64,000 nt of DNA. Origin: Camelus dromedarius. Lineage: Eukaryota. The DNA lies in NCBI RefSeq assembly GCF_036321535.1, contig NC_087437.1, forward strand, positions 58,096,001 to 58,160,000, read 5' to 3'. The notes beneath the pieces are model-generated. The model was not told where the DNA came from. It saw only the letters and a program-made list of their open reading frames with translations, and ran no database searches. The translations under genes were made by a program, and so were the position numbers. Positions 39,295-52,304 of the stretch are shown here, piece after piece (within the stretch, counting starts at the first letter, position 1; the number at the start of each line of letters is the position of its first letter).

Positions 39295-39845
39295 CGTGAC
39301 CTGTCTTGGTTTAAACTCTCTAATGGCTTTCCAAGGCACTTAGAATTAAACGCAGCTTCCTGTCTTGATTACAAAACCCTTCTTCAACCTGTCCCTGTTA
39401 CCTCTCAGCCCTTATTTCTTATCTCTCTTCCTGGCTCGCTCCTTTCTAACTACACAATCTTTCTTTTTTGTCTCTCAGATGCATCAAGCTTGTTTTCATC
39501 TAAATCTCTTCAGACTAACAGTTCAGAATACTCTTTCCCTTGATGTTCACCCATCCAAGATTTCTTCTTGTCATCCAGCTCTCTTCAGAGAGGCACTCCC
39601 TGGCTGTGCAGTCTAAGATCCCTGAGTCACTCTTTGACACATGACCCAAGTCCGGTTCTCTGGAGAATAGCCATCCCATCTCGTTCTTGCGTCTAGTTGT
39701 TATTTGTTTGCCATATGGCATAAACCTCACATGAAGAAGAATCATGTTTGTCCTGTTCTTCTGTGCTTCCTCAGAACCTATAATGGTGCCCAACACAGCA
39801 TGCTCGACGCTCAATAGATATATAGCGTGAATGTATTTTACATAG
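39295..39845 (+). mobile_element. L2 LINE 3' region
   Basis: taatggctttcca..gcacttagaattaaa, cagaacctataatggtgcccaacacagca..gctcaatagata...gtgaatg. Confidence 0.65.
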
Positions 39846-40435
39846 TAAATGTGTTTAGCAGGCATTTCCAGGTGGTTCAGGCAGAGGAAAAGCTGTAAAA
39901 GACAGCCTTTCTTCTCTCTCTCGAGCTGGAAAGTAGGCCTGATACATTACTTTTCTGCCCCTTTGTACACAGCCCCCCCTAAATGTTATTAACACCTTTC
40001 TGGTAGCAAAGGAAAAGAGGGCACTAAGGCTGACCCACCTGTGCCATGCAGTTTGTTGGCTCAGAATGGGAACTGGTTGAAGAATCACACACAGCTCCAG
40101 ACTTTAAGAATTAATATAAAACTCCAGTAATCAGGACAGTGTGGTATTGGTGATACAGCAGACACATTGATCAACGGAACAGAACAGAGAGCCTAGAAAC
40201 TTTACCCACACAAATATGGCCAATTGATTTTGCCGAAGTTCCAAAGGCAATTCAGTGAAGAAAGAATGGTGGTTTCAACAAATGAGGGTGGAACAATTGG
40301 ACATCCCTAAGCAAAAACAGGAATTTTGACCTAAACTTCATACCTTATACAAAAAAAAAAAAACACCTCAAAATGAATCATAGAGCTAAATGTAAAACAT
40401 AAAACTATAGAACTTCAGCAGAAGTCATAGGAGAT

Positions 40436-40456
40436 TATATATATATATATATATAT
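40436..40456. repeat. (TA)10 microsatellite
   Basis: Read directly; lies inside the L1. Confidence 0.9.
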
Positions 40457-40489
40457 TTTGATCTGGAGCTGGATAGAGTCCTTTTTTGC

Positions 40490-40710
40490 AGTTGAAAATA
40501 ATGGAAATGTGTTATCTTACATTTCTGGAAGTCAGAAGTCTGAGTTTGGGCTGAAATCAAGATGTCAGCAGGATGCAGTCCTTTTGGAAGGTCTAGGGGT
40601 GAAACTGTTTCAGTGCCTTTTCCAGCTTCTAGAGGATTCCTTGGCTCGTGACCCCTTCCTCCATCCTCAAAGCCAGACTGTAGCATTTTCCACTCTTTCT
40701 CCCTCTTTCT
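40490..40710 (-). mobile_element. MaLR LTR internal fragment (MLT1D-like) within the L1
   Basis: ttctggaagtcagaagtctga, tcaagatgtcagcagg, ccttttccagcttctagagg, ccttggctcgtgaccccttcctccatcctcaaagccag. Confidence 0.75.
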
Positions 40711-41485
40711 GCTCCTGCCCCCGCCCCTTTAGTCAGAGAGTTCTTAAACATGACACCAAAAGCATACTCCACACACACACACACAAATCGATACATTAGA
40801 TAAATAGAATTTAATCAAAATTAAAAACATATTTATTTTGACTTCATCAAAAATAAAAACTATTAAGATAATGGAAGACAAGTGAATGAATGAAAATATT
40901 TGTAAACCCTATTTCTGACTTTTATTTGGACTCTATAAAGAACTCTTAAAACTCAATTGTAACAAAACAAATGACTCAATTTAAAAAATGGGCAAAAAAT
41001 TTGAACAGACCCTTTGCTGGAGAGGAATACTGATGACAAATAAGCACATGAAGAGGTTGGAAAATGGAAATTAAGCCACCATGAGGTACCCCTGCACACC
41101 TACTAGAATGACTAAAATTTTTAAAATTTAGAAAAACAACAACAACTAACACTACCCAGTCCTGATGAGGATGTGGAGCAACTGAAACTCTCTTGTAATT
41201 ACTGGAGAGAAGGTAAAAATGATACAGTCATTCTGGAAAACAGTTTGGCAGTTTCTTATAAAATTAAGCAAACATTGACCCTAAGGAGATGAAAACTTAT
41301 GTTCACACAAAGCTGTACATAAATGTGTATAACCACCTCAAACTGAAGACAATCCAAATTTCTTCCAACAGTTGAATGAATAAACCAAATGCAGTGTATC
41401 CATGTATCAGCAGTAAAAAGGAACAGACGGGCAAGCAGCAAAATGAAGGAAGCTCAAAGGCATTATACTGACTGAAAGACACCAT

Positions 41486-41611
41486 TAAAAGGAAAACTGG
41501 GGGCAGTGGGAGGTAATTAGGTTCCTTTATTTTTAATAACAGTAAGGGGGATTGAACCCAGGACCCTGTGCACGCTAGGCGTGTGCTTTACCACTGAGCC
41601 ACGCCTGCTCC
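41486..41611 (-). mobile_element. Camelid tRNA-derived SINE (more diverged copy) nested in an old L1
   Basis: gggaggtaattagg...gggattgaacccagg...taccactgagc; TSD ctgaaaga(ca/tg)ccat at 41472-41485 and 41612-41625. Confidence 0.85.
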
Positions 41612-43559
41612 CTGAAAGATGCCATCTTGAAAGGTGAGAAGCTGCATGTTTCCATTTATATTACATTCTCCAAAAGACACGACTGGAGTGACAGAGACCA
41701 GATCAGTAAGTGCAGAGGTTGGTGTGGGAGGCAGACGTGGCTGCAAAGAAGTAATGTGAGGGGCGACGGAACTGTTGTGCATACCGATTGTGGTGGTGGT
41801 TACAGGAATCTATACGCGTTTTAGAATTCATGGACGTGTACACCAGGAAGGTCAATTTTATTACATGTAAATTTAAAAAAAAAAGGTAGAGAAAAATATG
41901 AACTGATACTGAGACCTTGAATCCAGATTCCATTGCTTTCTAGTCGTGCTATATTGGACGAGATGCTTTCTTTAAAAAGTTTTCTCATTACCTCAAATAC
42001 ATATTAGTATCCACATGTCATAACGATGATTGGTGAATTGAATGAAGCAATGCATGTGAAATTGTATGGCCAGTGGCATACGGTGAGCACACAGTAAACA
42101 TTAGCTGTTCATATGGGGTCCCTATTTTCAGAAGAAAAATCTGAAAAGAACATGAGATTTGCAGTCATACTCAGCTTTGAAGTGCTTATCATCTTGGATG
42201 AGTTGGTCACCCTGTCTGAACTTCAGTTTCCAAATCCTGAAAACAGATATATTCATTTTACAATACTATGGTAAGCGTAACAACTAATATATGTATAATG
42301 CCTGGTACTTAGTCGGTGCTCAATAAATGATAGCTGTAATTATGATTTAGACTGTTTCAATAAGTAAAACATAATTTCTTCTGACACTGAAAAATTATGC
42401 TTACAAATGGGTAATCCCAGATGATTAATTATGCAACCAAAGAAAGAGCTGATGTTATGCAAATGTTTTAGTTTGTACTGGACTGGCCATTCACACATAT
42501 TTTCCTATTCATAGCCAAAATATTAATTGCTTGAAATGAGCACTGTTGCATTCTAATGAACTCTTAAAGGGTAAAAGGATTTTTTTTTTTTTAGCACAGT
42601 GCAGAATAGATTTTCTACGATAGTGTTTTTCCATTTTGTTATTTTATTTTGCAAATGGAGTCCACAGTTCTACAAAGTGACCTTCTTCATTTTATAATGC
42701 TTCCTATATCTAATCTCAAGGGTATGTTTCAAAGTAAATTAAAGTAGGAGCCAAAGGAACCTAGAGCCAACTAGAGAGCCTAGTGGCTTCTATGGGCTCG
42801 GTGCCCAGAGACAAGCTGAATCTCTTCTGGACAGATGCTTTCCTAGTTTGCTGTGATAGTCATTGTCATTGTCAGGGTCATTGTCATATTGTCATCATCA
42901 GCCAGGCTCTAGTTATTCAAAAAGGACTCCTTGATTCTATAGCACCTCCAATCTTCCCAAATGTTATTTAAGCCTTTTTTAAAAAAAAAAAAACTTTCTT
43001 CCTTTGTTCATTGATCCATGAAAAGGGAAACTGTTCCTTTAAGATGACAAAGCCTGCACTTTTAAAGAAATGATGTAACTCTGTCAGCCAGGTGCATAAA
43101 AACACACTTTCAGCCAAAGACATTTCTCATAAATTAAAGATTATTTTTCAATGTTAATAAAAATCTTCAGAAATGGGTGACATGGTTTTATTTTTGCTTA
43201 TGACACCATGGAAGTTCTTGATAGGAAAAGAAGAACGGAGACTTGAAGCAAAGAGCTGGGACAGATCTCAGAAATTCTAGCCTCGTACCTTTATCCTATC
43301 AAAGGGGAAGCCTGATATCTAGAGAAGAGCATCCTGGGTGCGAGTGACCATCAAGTGAGAGGCTGAGTCAGGATGCGAGCCCAGGTGTCCTGCCTGCAGG
43401 GTGGGCAAGCCGTCTCCCCATGGCATCGCCTCTCCAACGACAGCCCTCCCTGTTTTCTTTTCTATTCTTTGACCCTAAGTTCGCAGAGTTTCTTTAATTA
43501 AGCTCATTGGTTCACAGAATACAATCTGTCATCATCAGTCCATGCAAAGATGCTCTCTT

Positions 43560-44640
43560 GTTTTATTATGTTTTCTCCTTCATCCACAGTTGTCATTTCT
43601 AGTCCTTTCTCTCCTGTAGACACTACTGTATTTGATGTTCTTAGCTGTGCAAATACTGTTTTATGTATGTGTTTAAATTTACTTAAATATATCGTGCTAT
43701 AAATCCTCATTCAGTATTATGTTTTTGGGTCTATCTATGTGACAATATGTTTACTTAGTTAAATAACTCTGACCACGGCCTAGTATACCAGGGTGTTAAC
43801 GTCCTACATTTTGCTTATCTAGTCTTTTCTGTGGACACTAGATAACTTCTATGTTTGATACCACAAACAATACAACAATTCACACCCTTGTCTGTGTCCC
43901 TTAGTGAACTCATGGGAGAAATTCTCTGGGTATACCTCTATCGGGATTTTGGGTCATAAGATACATCATTCTTAATTTGATTAATTATTACCAGATTCCT
44001 TTCCACAAGGCTATGTTTTACACTAAAACCAGCAATGCCTGATTGTTCCCACCTCTTCACATCCTTGTCAATAAGTGGTATTACCTCCTTTTCTTATTTT
44101 GCCATGTTGGTTGAGTGTTAAGTGGAATTGTGTTGCTATAATTCGCATTCTTCTGATTATTAGCGTCTTTTCCTATAATTCTTCAATGACTTTTTCAAGA
44201 ATTTCTTCTTACAAATTACTTTCTCATATTCTTTGAGTACTTTTCTATTTGTTTTCCTGTCTTTTTTTTAGCTGATTTGCAGGAGTTCATTCGATAGTCT
44301 AGATATTCATCCCTTGCCTTACAAATGTTGCAAATACATTCTCCCAGTCTGTTCTCTGTTTATTGAGCCAAAATTCTTAATTTTGATGAAGTCAAATCCA
44401 TCAACATTTAACTTTATGGTTTGTGCGTTGGGATGTCCCTTTGGAAGACTTTATCTTTCACAAAGATACCCAACATATTCTTTTGACAGCTTTATAGTTT
44501 TACCTTTAGCAATTAGGTCCTTACTCTACCTGTAGCCCATGTTTGAATATAGTATAAGGTAGGACTACAGCTTTGTTTTTCTTCATATAATATTAACATT
44601 CCAGTTTTCCTAGGGCCATCCAAGCAATCCATTCTTTCTC
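43560..44640 (-). mobile_element. Ancient L1 (L1ME-like) 3' region
   Basis: T-rich antisense L1 motifs: tgatttgcaggagttc...tctagatatt, gttgcaaatacattctcccagtctg, aaattcttaattttgatgaagtcaaat. Confidence 0.75.
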
Positions 44641-45592
44641 CTCCATTCCACTCTAGTCCCATTTGAAACGCTTCAGTAGCTAAATATTTTCCACTAGATT
44701 TCCTTTCTGGATTTACTAAACGCTGAGAAAAATGGTGCTCATCCTAATTAGATATTTTGTTGACAGCTGAGGCCAAGATCTAGGAGTCAGGACGCAGGGC
44801 TTAACGTCTACAGAGTCCATTCACAGCCTTGTAAGACTCAGCTTATTGCAGTAATGGAGCCTGGAATTCAACAGGAACGCACAATCTTTCATGGCTTCAG
44901 ATAAGAGGACTAGACCTGGCTGTACCCCATGAACTGGCTTGGAGGTGCTGGCCAATCTTCAATCCTCTTTGGACTCCAGCTGTGTCAATTAGAAAATGAC
45001 TTTCATTGGATAGAGTGGACTCCCAATTAAAATTTTATGTCAGGAGTTTTTGAAGCTGAAGAAAATTTTAGAAAACCACTGGTATAGAGGGTCCCATGAG
45101 GTTTTCTAGATATTCCTGTTAAGGCACCACCTCTCTATTGAATTTTAGTTGTCATCCATTATTAATATGAATTCATCTTTAGTTTTATTTCTAAGCTGAC
45201 AATTCAGCAACGGATAGGACCCACTATAGTATACTGTGCTCTGCAAGTGGATGGTCAATAAATATTTGATGAGCAAAAGGTGGTTGGTGATACCAGGGGA
45301 AAGGAAAGGGTCATCCTCACTGTTTACTGTCCGTAAACCATGGCAGAGAAGGCTACATTTAAAAGAAAAAGTGAATTGGCAATTCATCTCTTTTCTTTAC
45401 AAATTAAATAACACTGACATACTTTCTGAGACTGTTGCATTAAACGAACTCAGTTTTATGAAGGGGTGGTGATAGAAACGCTTTCCATAGGTACCCAAAG
45501 ATGCACCTTGAGCCAGGCTTCTTCACTTGGCTTACAATATACCAAAATCACTTGAGTGAGGCCTCATGCAGTTCTTTTTGGAACAGATGATG

Positions 45593-45593
<1 letters not shown>

Positions 45594-45650
<57 letters not shown>
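45594..45650. repeat. (TG)n microsatellite with one interruption at 45631
   Basis: Read directly. Confidence 0.97.
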
Positions 45651-45651
<1 letters not shown>

Positions 45652-46699
45652 GTCTGGAGGAAGGGAGTTCTGTTTAACAGTCATATAGTCATAGGAAGTT
45701 GGAAAGAAATGAAACATCTATCTGAGTGGGGACAACAAGACTTCCCAGAGGAAAATGAGGGAGGTTGTTAAGAAAACGTGGTTTCAGTCCAGGAAAAGCT
45801 TGCTGTAAAATCCTTGGATTCTTGGCAACAAACCAACCTTAATGCTTCAGCAAAATACCTTGGGATCTTGAATCCTCATCAAATTCTTAATGAAATCTTT
45901 AGCCAACAGGGTTGCTCAGTAGAAGAGCCCAGTTCTGTCCTTAGACATCTGTGGAGAGAAGCCACCGAAGGCAGGAAAAGGAGCTCAGTTCTTGGAATAA
46001 AAACACTGCAGAAGGAAGACCTGTGCAGGAAGGGCTTCTTTAGAGACATCACAAGCCCAGTCCTTGAACGTACTATTTCTCCAGCCACGGAGGACTACTT
46101 GCCTTGAAAGAGTTTAACGGATGTTTGGCTCTCAGTTACTATGGCAGATGGAGAAACTGAGCCAACCAGGAGGCACTGAATGGGACAAGGGACCGTTTAG
46201 ACCCTGTAGTGAAGAATCCTTATGGAGATCTGAAATTCATGCAGGGGGAGGCAAGTTACATAATTCCTATGCGATGATCTGTCTGAAATGTTTTGCTGAA
46301 GGGTATGACAAGGAAGGCTCCAGTTTCACCATCTCAGAGCCCTTGGGTCTGGAAGAGTTAAGGCTTCTCCTGAAGGGGTCTCTACCAATTACAGGAGCCT
46401 GAGGGAGGCATGATTCCTATGCCTTTGCTCAAATCCAACCCAGTATCTTCTGCCTAAAGCATGGCCTCAATGTGCTCAGTCATTCATTCATTTACTTGCT
46501 GTGTCTTGAACACCTACTATGTGTCAAGCACTGCATCAGGAGCTGAGGAATCAGTGAGGATACTGGTCATGCCCTCAAGAGGCTCACAGTTCGATTAGAG
46601 AGGCAGATAAGGAAACCTGCCATTGAAGGGTTTCTACAGATCAGGGTTGTAACTGACATGAAAGCCGAGGGGGAGGCAGTTTCATATACTGTTAATGGG

Positions 46700-46930
46700 C
46701 ACCAAACTCTGGCAGCCTCAGTTCACGTCCCCAGTCTACTATTTATTGCTGTGTGATTTGGGACAAGTTACTTCAGTTTGCTGTGTCATAGTCTCCTTCC
46801 CTGTGAAATGGGGGTCATAACCCCAACCTTGTAGATTTGTGTATGGATTAAATGAGTTTGATTCACGTGAAGTGTTTAGAACAGCACCCAGCGTGTAGAA
46901 CGTGCTCAATCAAGGTTAGCAGTTGTGATT
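46700..46930 (+). mobile_element. MIR SINE
   Basis: gctgtgtgatttgggacaagttactt, tgtgaaatggggg, ggattaaatgag, gtgaagtgtttagaacagc. Confidence 0.75.
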
Positions 46931-47459
46931 TATGTATTAAGGGAGCGCAGAAGAGGAGCATTAACTCCTCTTGGGAGCAGGTGGTAACTTATATAGGTTG
47001 ACAAAACCAAGATATAGAGAAACAGCTTCTCTCATGGGCGACATCTTTCTTACAGAGATCCTGAAGCTCTTCACCAGACCACAGTGCATCCTTCCATTAG
47101 CATGAACAGAAGCCACTCTCAGAGACCTGGAAGGCCAAGGGTATTTTCGTTTTTTCAGCTCTACCTCTGACCATTGCTCCCTGTCTTCAGTTCTCAGCTG
47201 AGTTTAGCAGTTTCTGGGCAGGATGAGGAAGAAATAGTCATTTCCCCACCCACCCAAAGGGAAATGCGTGATTCACCCCAGCATCATGGAGTCTGAAAGG
47301 GGATTTCTCTTTTTATCCAAGAAAAATTTGGGCAGGAAAAATAAGCTAAAACCATTCCTCAATCCAGACAGCTCTTGTAAGATAATTTATTCATTTAATA
47401 TTTCTGTGAGCTCTATTAAATACCTACTGCATGCCAGAAACTGTGGGTTACAGGATATG

Positions 47460-47702
47460 TATGAGCCTGTATTCATTGACTGCCCCTTCGTGCCAAGCAC
47501 TGTAGAAAGCACCTTGTATATCTAATCTAATGCTCACAGCACCTCCTCATGAGGGAGGTTTGTCATTATTTACAGGAAGAAACTGAAACTTAAAGAGGTT
47601 AACTAATAACTTGTCCAAGGTTATACAGCAAGATAGGAAATGGCGGAGCAGAAATTTCAATTTGGGCAGAATGAGCTGACAGCCCAAATGCCTAACCACT
47701 GT
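47460..47702 (-). mobile_element. MIR SINE
   Basis: tttacaggaagaaactgaaacttaaagaggttaactaataacttgtccaaggttatacagc. Confidence 0.75.
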
Positions 47703-49599
47703 GTTTCCCTGTCTCAACAAGAATATAATCACAGTCCATGAGGAGATCTCACTCTTGTGAAGGAGACAGAAAAGCGAAGAGATAATTAATATACAGTGTA
47801 ATCTCTGCTCCATAAAGGTGTGAACAGAGCACTGTGGGAACTCAGAGGAGGGAGTGAATTCCTCTGCCTGCAAGAATCATTTTTAGCTGTAATCAGCAAA
47901 GTACTTAAGATTGTACAAAATTTCCAAAATATGTGCAAACCTGAAATGATGAAAATCTGTCACAGTGAAAGAAAAGCTTAAATTCTAAGATGACTAAAGA
48001 CTGTAAACAGACTAGGCAATCAGCCTCTATATGAGCAAGAGTCAAACTTAAATTTTTAAGAGTCTATCATGCCAGGTACTGTGTGCTTCCTACGGCCTCA
48101 CTCCACCATGCTTTGCATTGCCAACTGTCGGGATCATGTACTTTAAGTCCCAGCTCAAATTTTGTCTCTTGGAGCGTAGTGACCATGATTTCTTTATCTT
48201 TATTCACTTCAGCATCTCCTGCCCCTCCCACTCTAGGGGTCTAGGTCACTGCTCAGCTTAAGATAGGAGCTTGAAAATGTTCATGCTGAGTCTTTTAGAA
48301 GTCGATTATTCTACTTGTGGTTAGACCAAAACCTCATTTTTTTCCTCTCACCTTTCTCTCTTTTCATTTCGCACCTCATTTATATTTCTCACAGATGTTG
48401 CAAAGAGGAAAACTCTAAAATTCATCCCTTTTAACATTTGAGGAAAAGTATGTCAAAATGAGAGCCCAAGATAAATTCTGGTGGTAACTTTTGGGTTTTC
48501 TTTGATCAGTTACCATAGATTATTTTTTATCAATTATTATAGATGGCCCAAAGTTAGTTTAAACTTGGTGGGAAAAAAATGGTCCCATATTGCTTAAGAT
48601 CTGTCCTGACTCCCTACTCAGGTCTGATTTTGTGAACAATGGGTACCACCTAGAACACATCCTCCTCCAACCCTTGGCATCAGAACTATCTCGAACAAGA
48701 GGGAGACGAAGGAGAAATGGGAGAAAGACAGTGGCAAGGGATGAACATGGTGAAAAAGATTCTGTCAGTCTAAGCTCAAAAATCAATGGCGGAGGCAAGG
48801 ATGTCCTGCTGAATGCTGCCGATAACGTTATAACACATCACCACTCCTGATGAAGCCACGTGCATCCCCACAAAGAATCAGTAAAGATTTGAGGGAAAAT
48901 ATCCATCTTCAGTAAACTTCATCCTTTTGAGTTCAAGCCAGCGTGCATCATTATGTCTGATCAATCACCAGTCCAGGTGTAACTGAGGACTAGCTGTTGC
49001 CTACTGCCCTGTAGGCATCAGATTTGTCAGTGACTCTGCTCAGGTGCCCACTTATTGCAGAGCTGCTCCCAGCAGCACAGACGTTGCCTTTGATATACTT
49101 CAGACACACTCCCAGGACATCCCAGTGGCTTCCATTAATTCAGCTCTCTCATTGTGCTCATAATAGAGCTCTGCTACCCAAACATGGCCCTGCACCATCC
49201 GTTGTCATAGATTTTTTCTTGGTTTGTCACAGTTTTGTAGTAATTTATGTCAAACCATTAAGATAAGGTCTCAGCTTATCTCAGTATCTCGTAATAAGTT
49301 GTAAGTTTATTTTTAAAACTTTTTAAAGCATTCATTAAGGAGAAAGGAAACTTTAACCTGTGATTTTTAAAATCCAAATATATTAATGTACTTGTATTTA
49401 TCTTTGTTTGCAAATATTTCTTATGGCTCTGTAGTGTCAGAATTTCTATTTATAACAACTCAGATCATAGCACCAGCTAACAAGCAATTTTGTTTAAAAA
49501 GAGGCATTCTTTTTTGTTTTGAATGTTAATTTTTTAAATCATTGGTTAAGTAGGGACTCTTAAAAACGTAGTTGAGATTTTAGAATGAGGGCCCCAGTT

Positions 49600-50857
49600 A
49601 TTTTATTTAATTGTAATGAAATTCATATAGCATAAAATTAGCCACTTTAAAGGGAATAGTTCGTTGGTATTCAGTACATTCACTGTGTTGTGGAACCACC
49701 ACCTCTATCTGCTCACAAAACATTGTCATCACCCCAAAAGGAAACCATGTACACATTAAGCATTTACCAGCCCCTCCATCCTCTCTTCCTAGCTCCTGGC
49801 AACCACCAGTATACTTCTTGTCTCTATGGATTGACCCACTCTAGACATTTCATATAAATAGACTCAAACAATATGCAACCTTTTGTGTCTTGCTTCTTGC
49901 ACTTGGCAGAATGTGTTTTAGGTTCACTCACATTGTAGCACATATCAGTGTGCTTCATTTCTTTTCATCACGGAATAGCATTCTGTTGTACGTATATACT
50001 ACAATTTGTTTATCCATTTGTCTGTTGATATACATTTGGGTTGTTTGTGCCTTTTGGCTGTTATAAATAGTGCTGCTAGGAATATGCATGCATATGTGTT
50101 TGTTTGGACATTTGTTTTCAGTTCTTTCAGATGTATACCTAAGAATGGAATTGCTGGATCACAAGGTAATCCTATGTTTACTTTTTGAGGAACCATCAAA
50201 CTGTTTTTTCAATAGCAGCTGCACCATTTTACATTCCTACCAGCAGTGTATGAGGGTTCCAATTTCTTTACATTTTCACCAATACTTGTTATTTCCTGAG
50301 TTTATTAAAAAATTATTATTATAGTCATCCTAGTGAGCATGAAATGGTATCTCATTGTGGTTCTAATTTGCAATTCCCCTAGCTAATGATGTTGCAGATC
50401 TTTTCATGTGCTTGTTGGCTATTTGTGTATCTTCTTTTGAGAAATGTCTTTTCAGGTCCTTTGCCCATTTTTTGGTTGTTGTTAGGTTGTCTTGTCATTG
50501 TTGAGTTGTAAGAGTTCTTTATGTATTCTGTGTACTAGACCCTTATCAGATATGTGATTTGTAAAGATCTTCTCCCAGCCTGTGTCTCTTCATTGTCTTG
50601 ATAATTTCCTTTGATGCAAAAAGTTTTTAATTTTAAGAAGTACAATTCATTTATTTTTTCTTTTGCTGTTGTTGGCGTCATATCTAAGAATCCATTGTCA
50701 AATCCAAGGTCATAAAGATTTACTCCTATGTTGTCTTCTAAGAGTTTTATGGGCTTAGCTCTAAATTTAGGTTGTTGATCCACTTTTAGTTCATTTCTGT
50801 AGATGGTGTGAGGTAGGGGTCCAATTTTATTATTTTGCATGTGGATATCTCACTGTA
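49600..50857 (-). mobile_element. Ancient L1 (L1MB-like) 3' UTR and ORF2 end
   Basis: aaattcatatagcataaaatt..., tatacctaagaatggaattgctggatc, tgcaccattttacattcctaccagcagtgtatgagggttcc, ttttgcatgtggatatc; ORFs 49999..50199 and 50535..50840 translate to L1 ORF2-like remnants. Confidence 0.9.
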
Positions 50858-51685
50858 GGGATTTGGTTTTGTGTACACAAATACACAATGGAAGAATTTT
50901 AAATGAGGGATTAATGAGCTTTATGGGGATAGATAGAGACTGAGCAGGTCAGAGCCAAAGTCTGGTTCTCAGTAATAAACAGCTGGCCTCCCCTGGCCCT
51001 CCTCCCCACCCCTGCCAGCTGCAGACCAAACACCTGAGAGGACAGTTACACTAGCTTGAAAGGAGGAAAACAGTTAAAAGTAAGAAGGATGGGTTATTGA
51101 GATTATTGTTCAACCTAGTGCTTTGGGCCCGTATGTCAGAACTTTGATAATTGCTAAACAAAACAATAAACACATAAAACAGAAATTCCAAACAACAAGC
51201 CTAAACATCAAGTGCACCTCCATTTGGTGGCCTATGGTTGGAGTGTTAGATGAGAAGAGAGAAGACTCAGGAGATCTGGGTCCCACTTGCTGCCCCATGG
51301 TGACCAACATGAGCCACTTTCTTCCTCCACCAGCAGGGAGGGAGCCAGTGGAGGCTTGGAGGAGCCCGCTCTTACACCATGATGGTGGCTACACTGCAGT
51401 GGGGGAGTGGTTTTGGAAAGTCCAGGATTCCTGATGACAAGAAGTGCACCAGGAACCGAAGCTGTAGCCAGGACCGAGTGTGAGATGGAGCAGATGGCAC
51501 CAGATGAGTGAAATGGCTGACCTGGGCTCTTTCTAGCACAGGTGAGTCACACCATGAGGACCAGAATGAGAGACTTACAGCCTGGCCGCCAAGGATTTTC
51601 CTGAGACAGGGAGTCACTGATATGCCCTTCGAATATTCTAGTTATATGAAAGTAAGCTTTAAAGGTGACATCTTCATACTATAAC

Positions 51686-52111
51686 CGTGGCAGAGATGGC
51701 CAACTGTCCTTTGAACATTTGTATCCTCCTCCGTGGTATAAACTTGTTGCTGAGAAGCAGCTGCTCAGTAGAGGGCTACATTTCCCACCCCCTTACATTG
51801 AAATGGGACCATATGACACGCTGTGGCCAGTGGAATGCGAGTGGAAGTGTGACATCACCTCCTCAAGGCCGTGGTGCTTAAGGAGCTGGTGCACCGTCTT
51901 CATGCTCCATTTCTTTCTGTCTTCACTGAATACAATGTCCAGGACAACCCTGAAAGCCACACGTTGAAGCCGGCAGATCTCTGTCGGCCTAGGTCCCTGA
52001 ATGACTTTGGAGCACCCATGTTGGACTGTTGCACAAGTGAGAAATAAACTTTGAGGAAGACTAAGCCATTTGATGCTTGAGTTTGTTGGTTACTGAAGCC
52101 GATGACACCCC
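51686..52111 (+). mobile_element. Old MaLR LTR (MLT1H/I/J-like)
   Basis: ctacatttccca, tggccagtggaatgcgagtggaagtg, ggtccctgaatgact, agtgagaaataaacttt...taagccatt motifs. Confidence 0.7.
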
Positions 52112-52115
52112 AGAG

Positions 52116-52240
52116 CAGCGGTTCTCAGACTTCAGGGTGCGTCAGAATCACCCAAGGGCTTGTTAGGACACAGGGGCTCCAGAACGTGCATTTCTAACAA
52201 GTTCCCGGATGACGATGCTGTGGAGTCTCCATCCTTTGCC
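52116..52240. mobile_element. MER5A-like hAT MITE (partial)
   Basis: cagcggttctcagactt...gcgtcagaatcacc...gggcttgtta...tgcatttctaacaagttccc. Confidence 0.7.
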
Positions 52241-52304
52241 CATCACGGAAAGGTGTCCTGTGGGGAATGCTCCCCAATCTGATGTGAGGCGTACGAAAAT
52301 TAAA

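Larger units (their letters stand above)
40100..41885 (+). mobile_element. Ancient L1 (L1MC/MD-like): ORF2 C-terminal remnant and 3' UTR, with nested insertions
   Basis: gtaatcaggacagtgtggtattgg...gaacagaacagagagcctagaaa, aaaatgggcaaaaaatttgaacagac, gaggatgtggagcaactgaaactctc, ending in taaatttaaaaaaaaaa; reading frame disrupted. Confidence 0.85.

Noticed and set aside
45778..48850. ORFs of 80-109 aa in unique-looking sequence (45778..46107, 46121..46402, 48590..48850)
   Set aside because: No recognisable family, two of the three lack ATG starts, and there is no convincing splice architecture; lengths are within chance expectation.
49999..50840. ORFs resembling known proteins
   Set aside because: Frameshifted remnants of L1 ORF2 and 3' UTR, not host genes.
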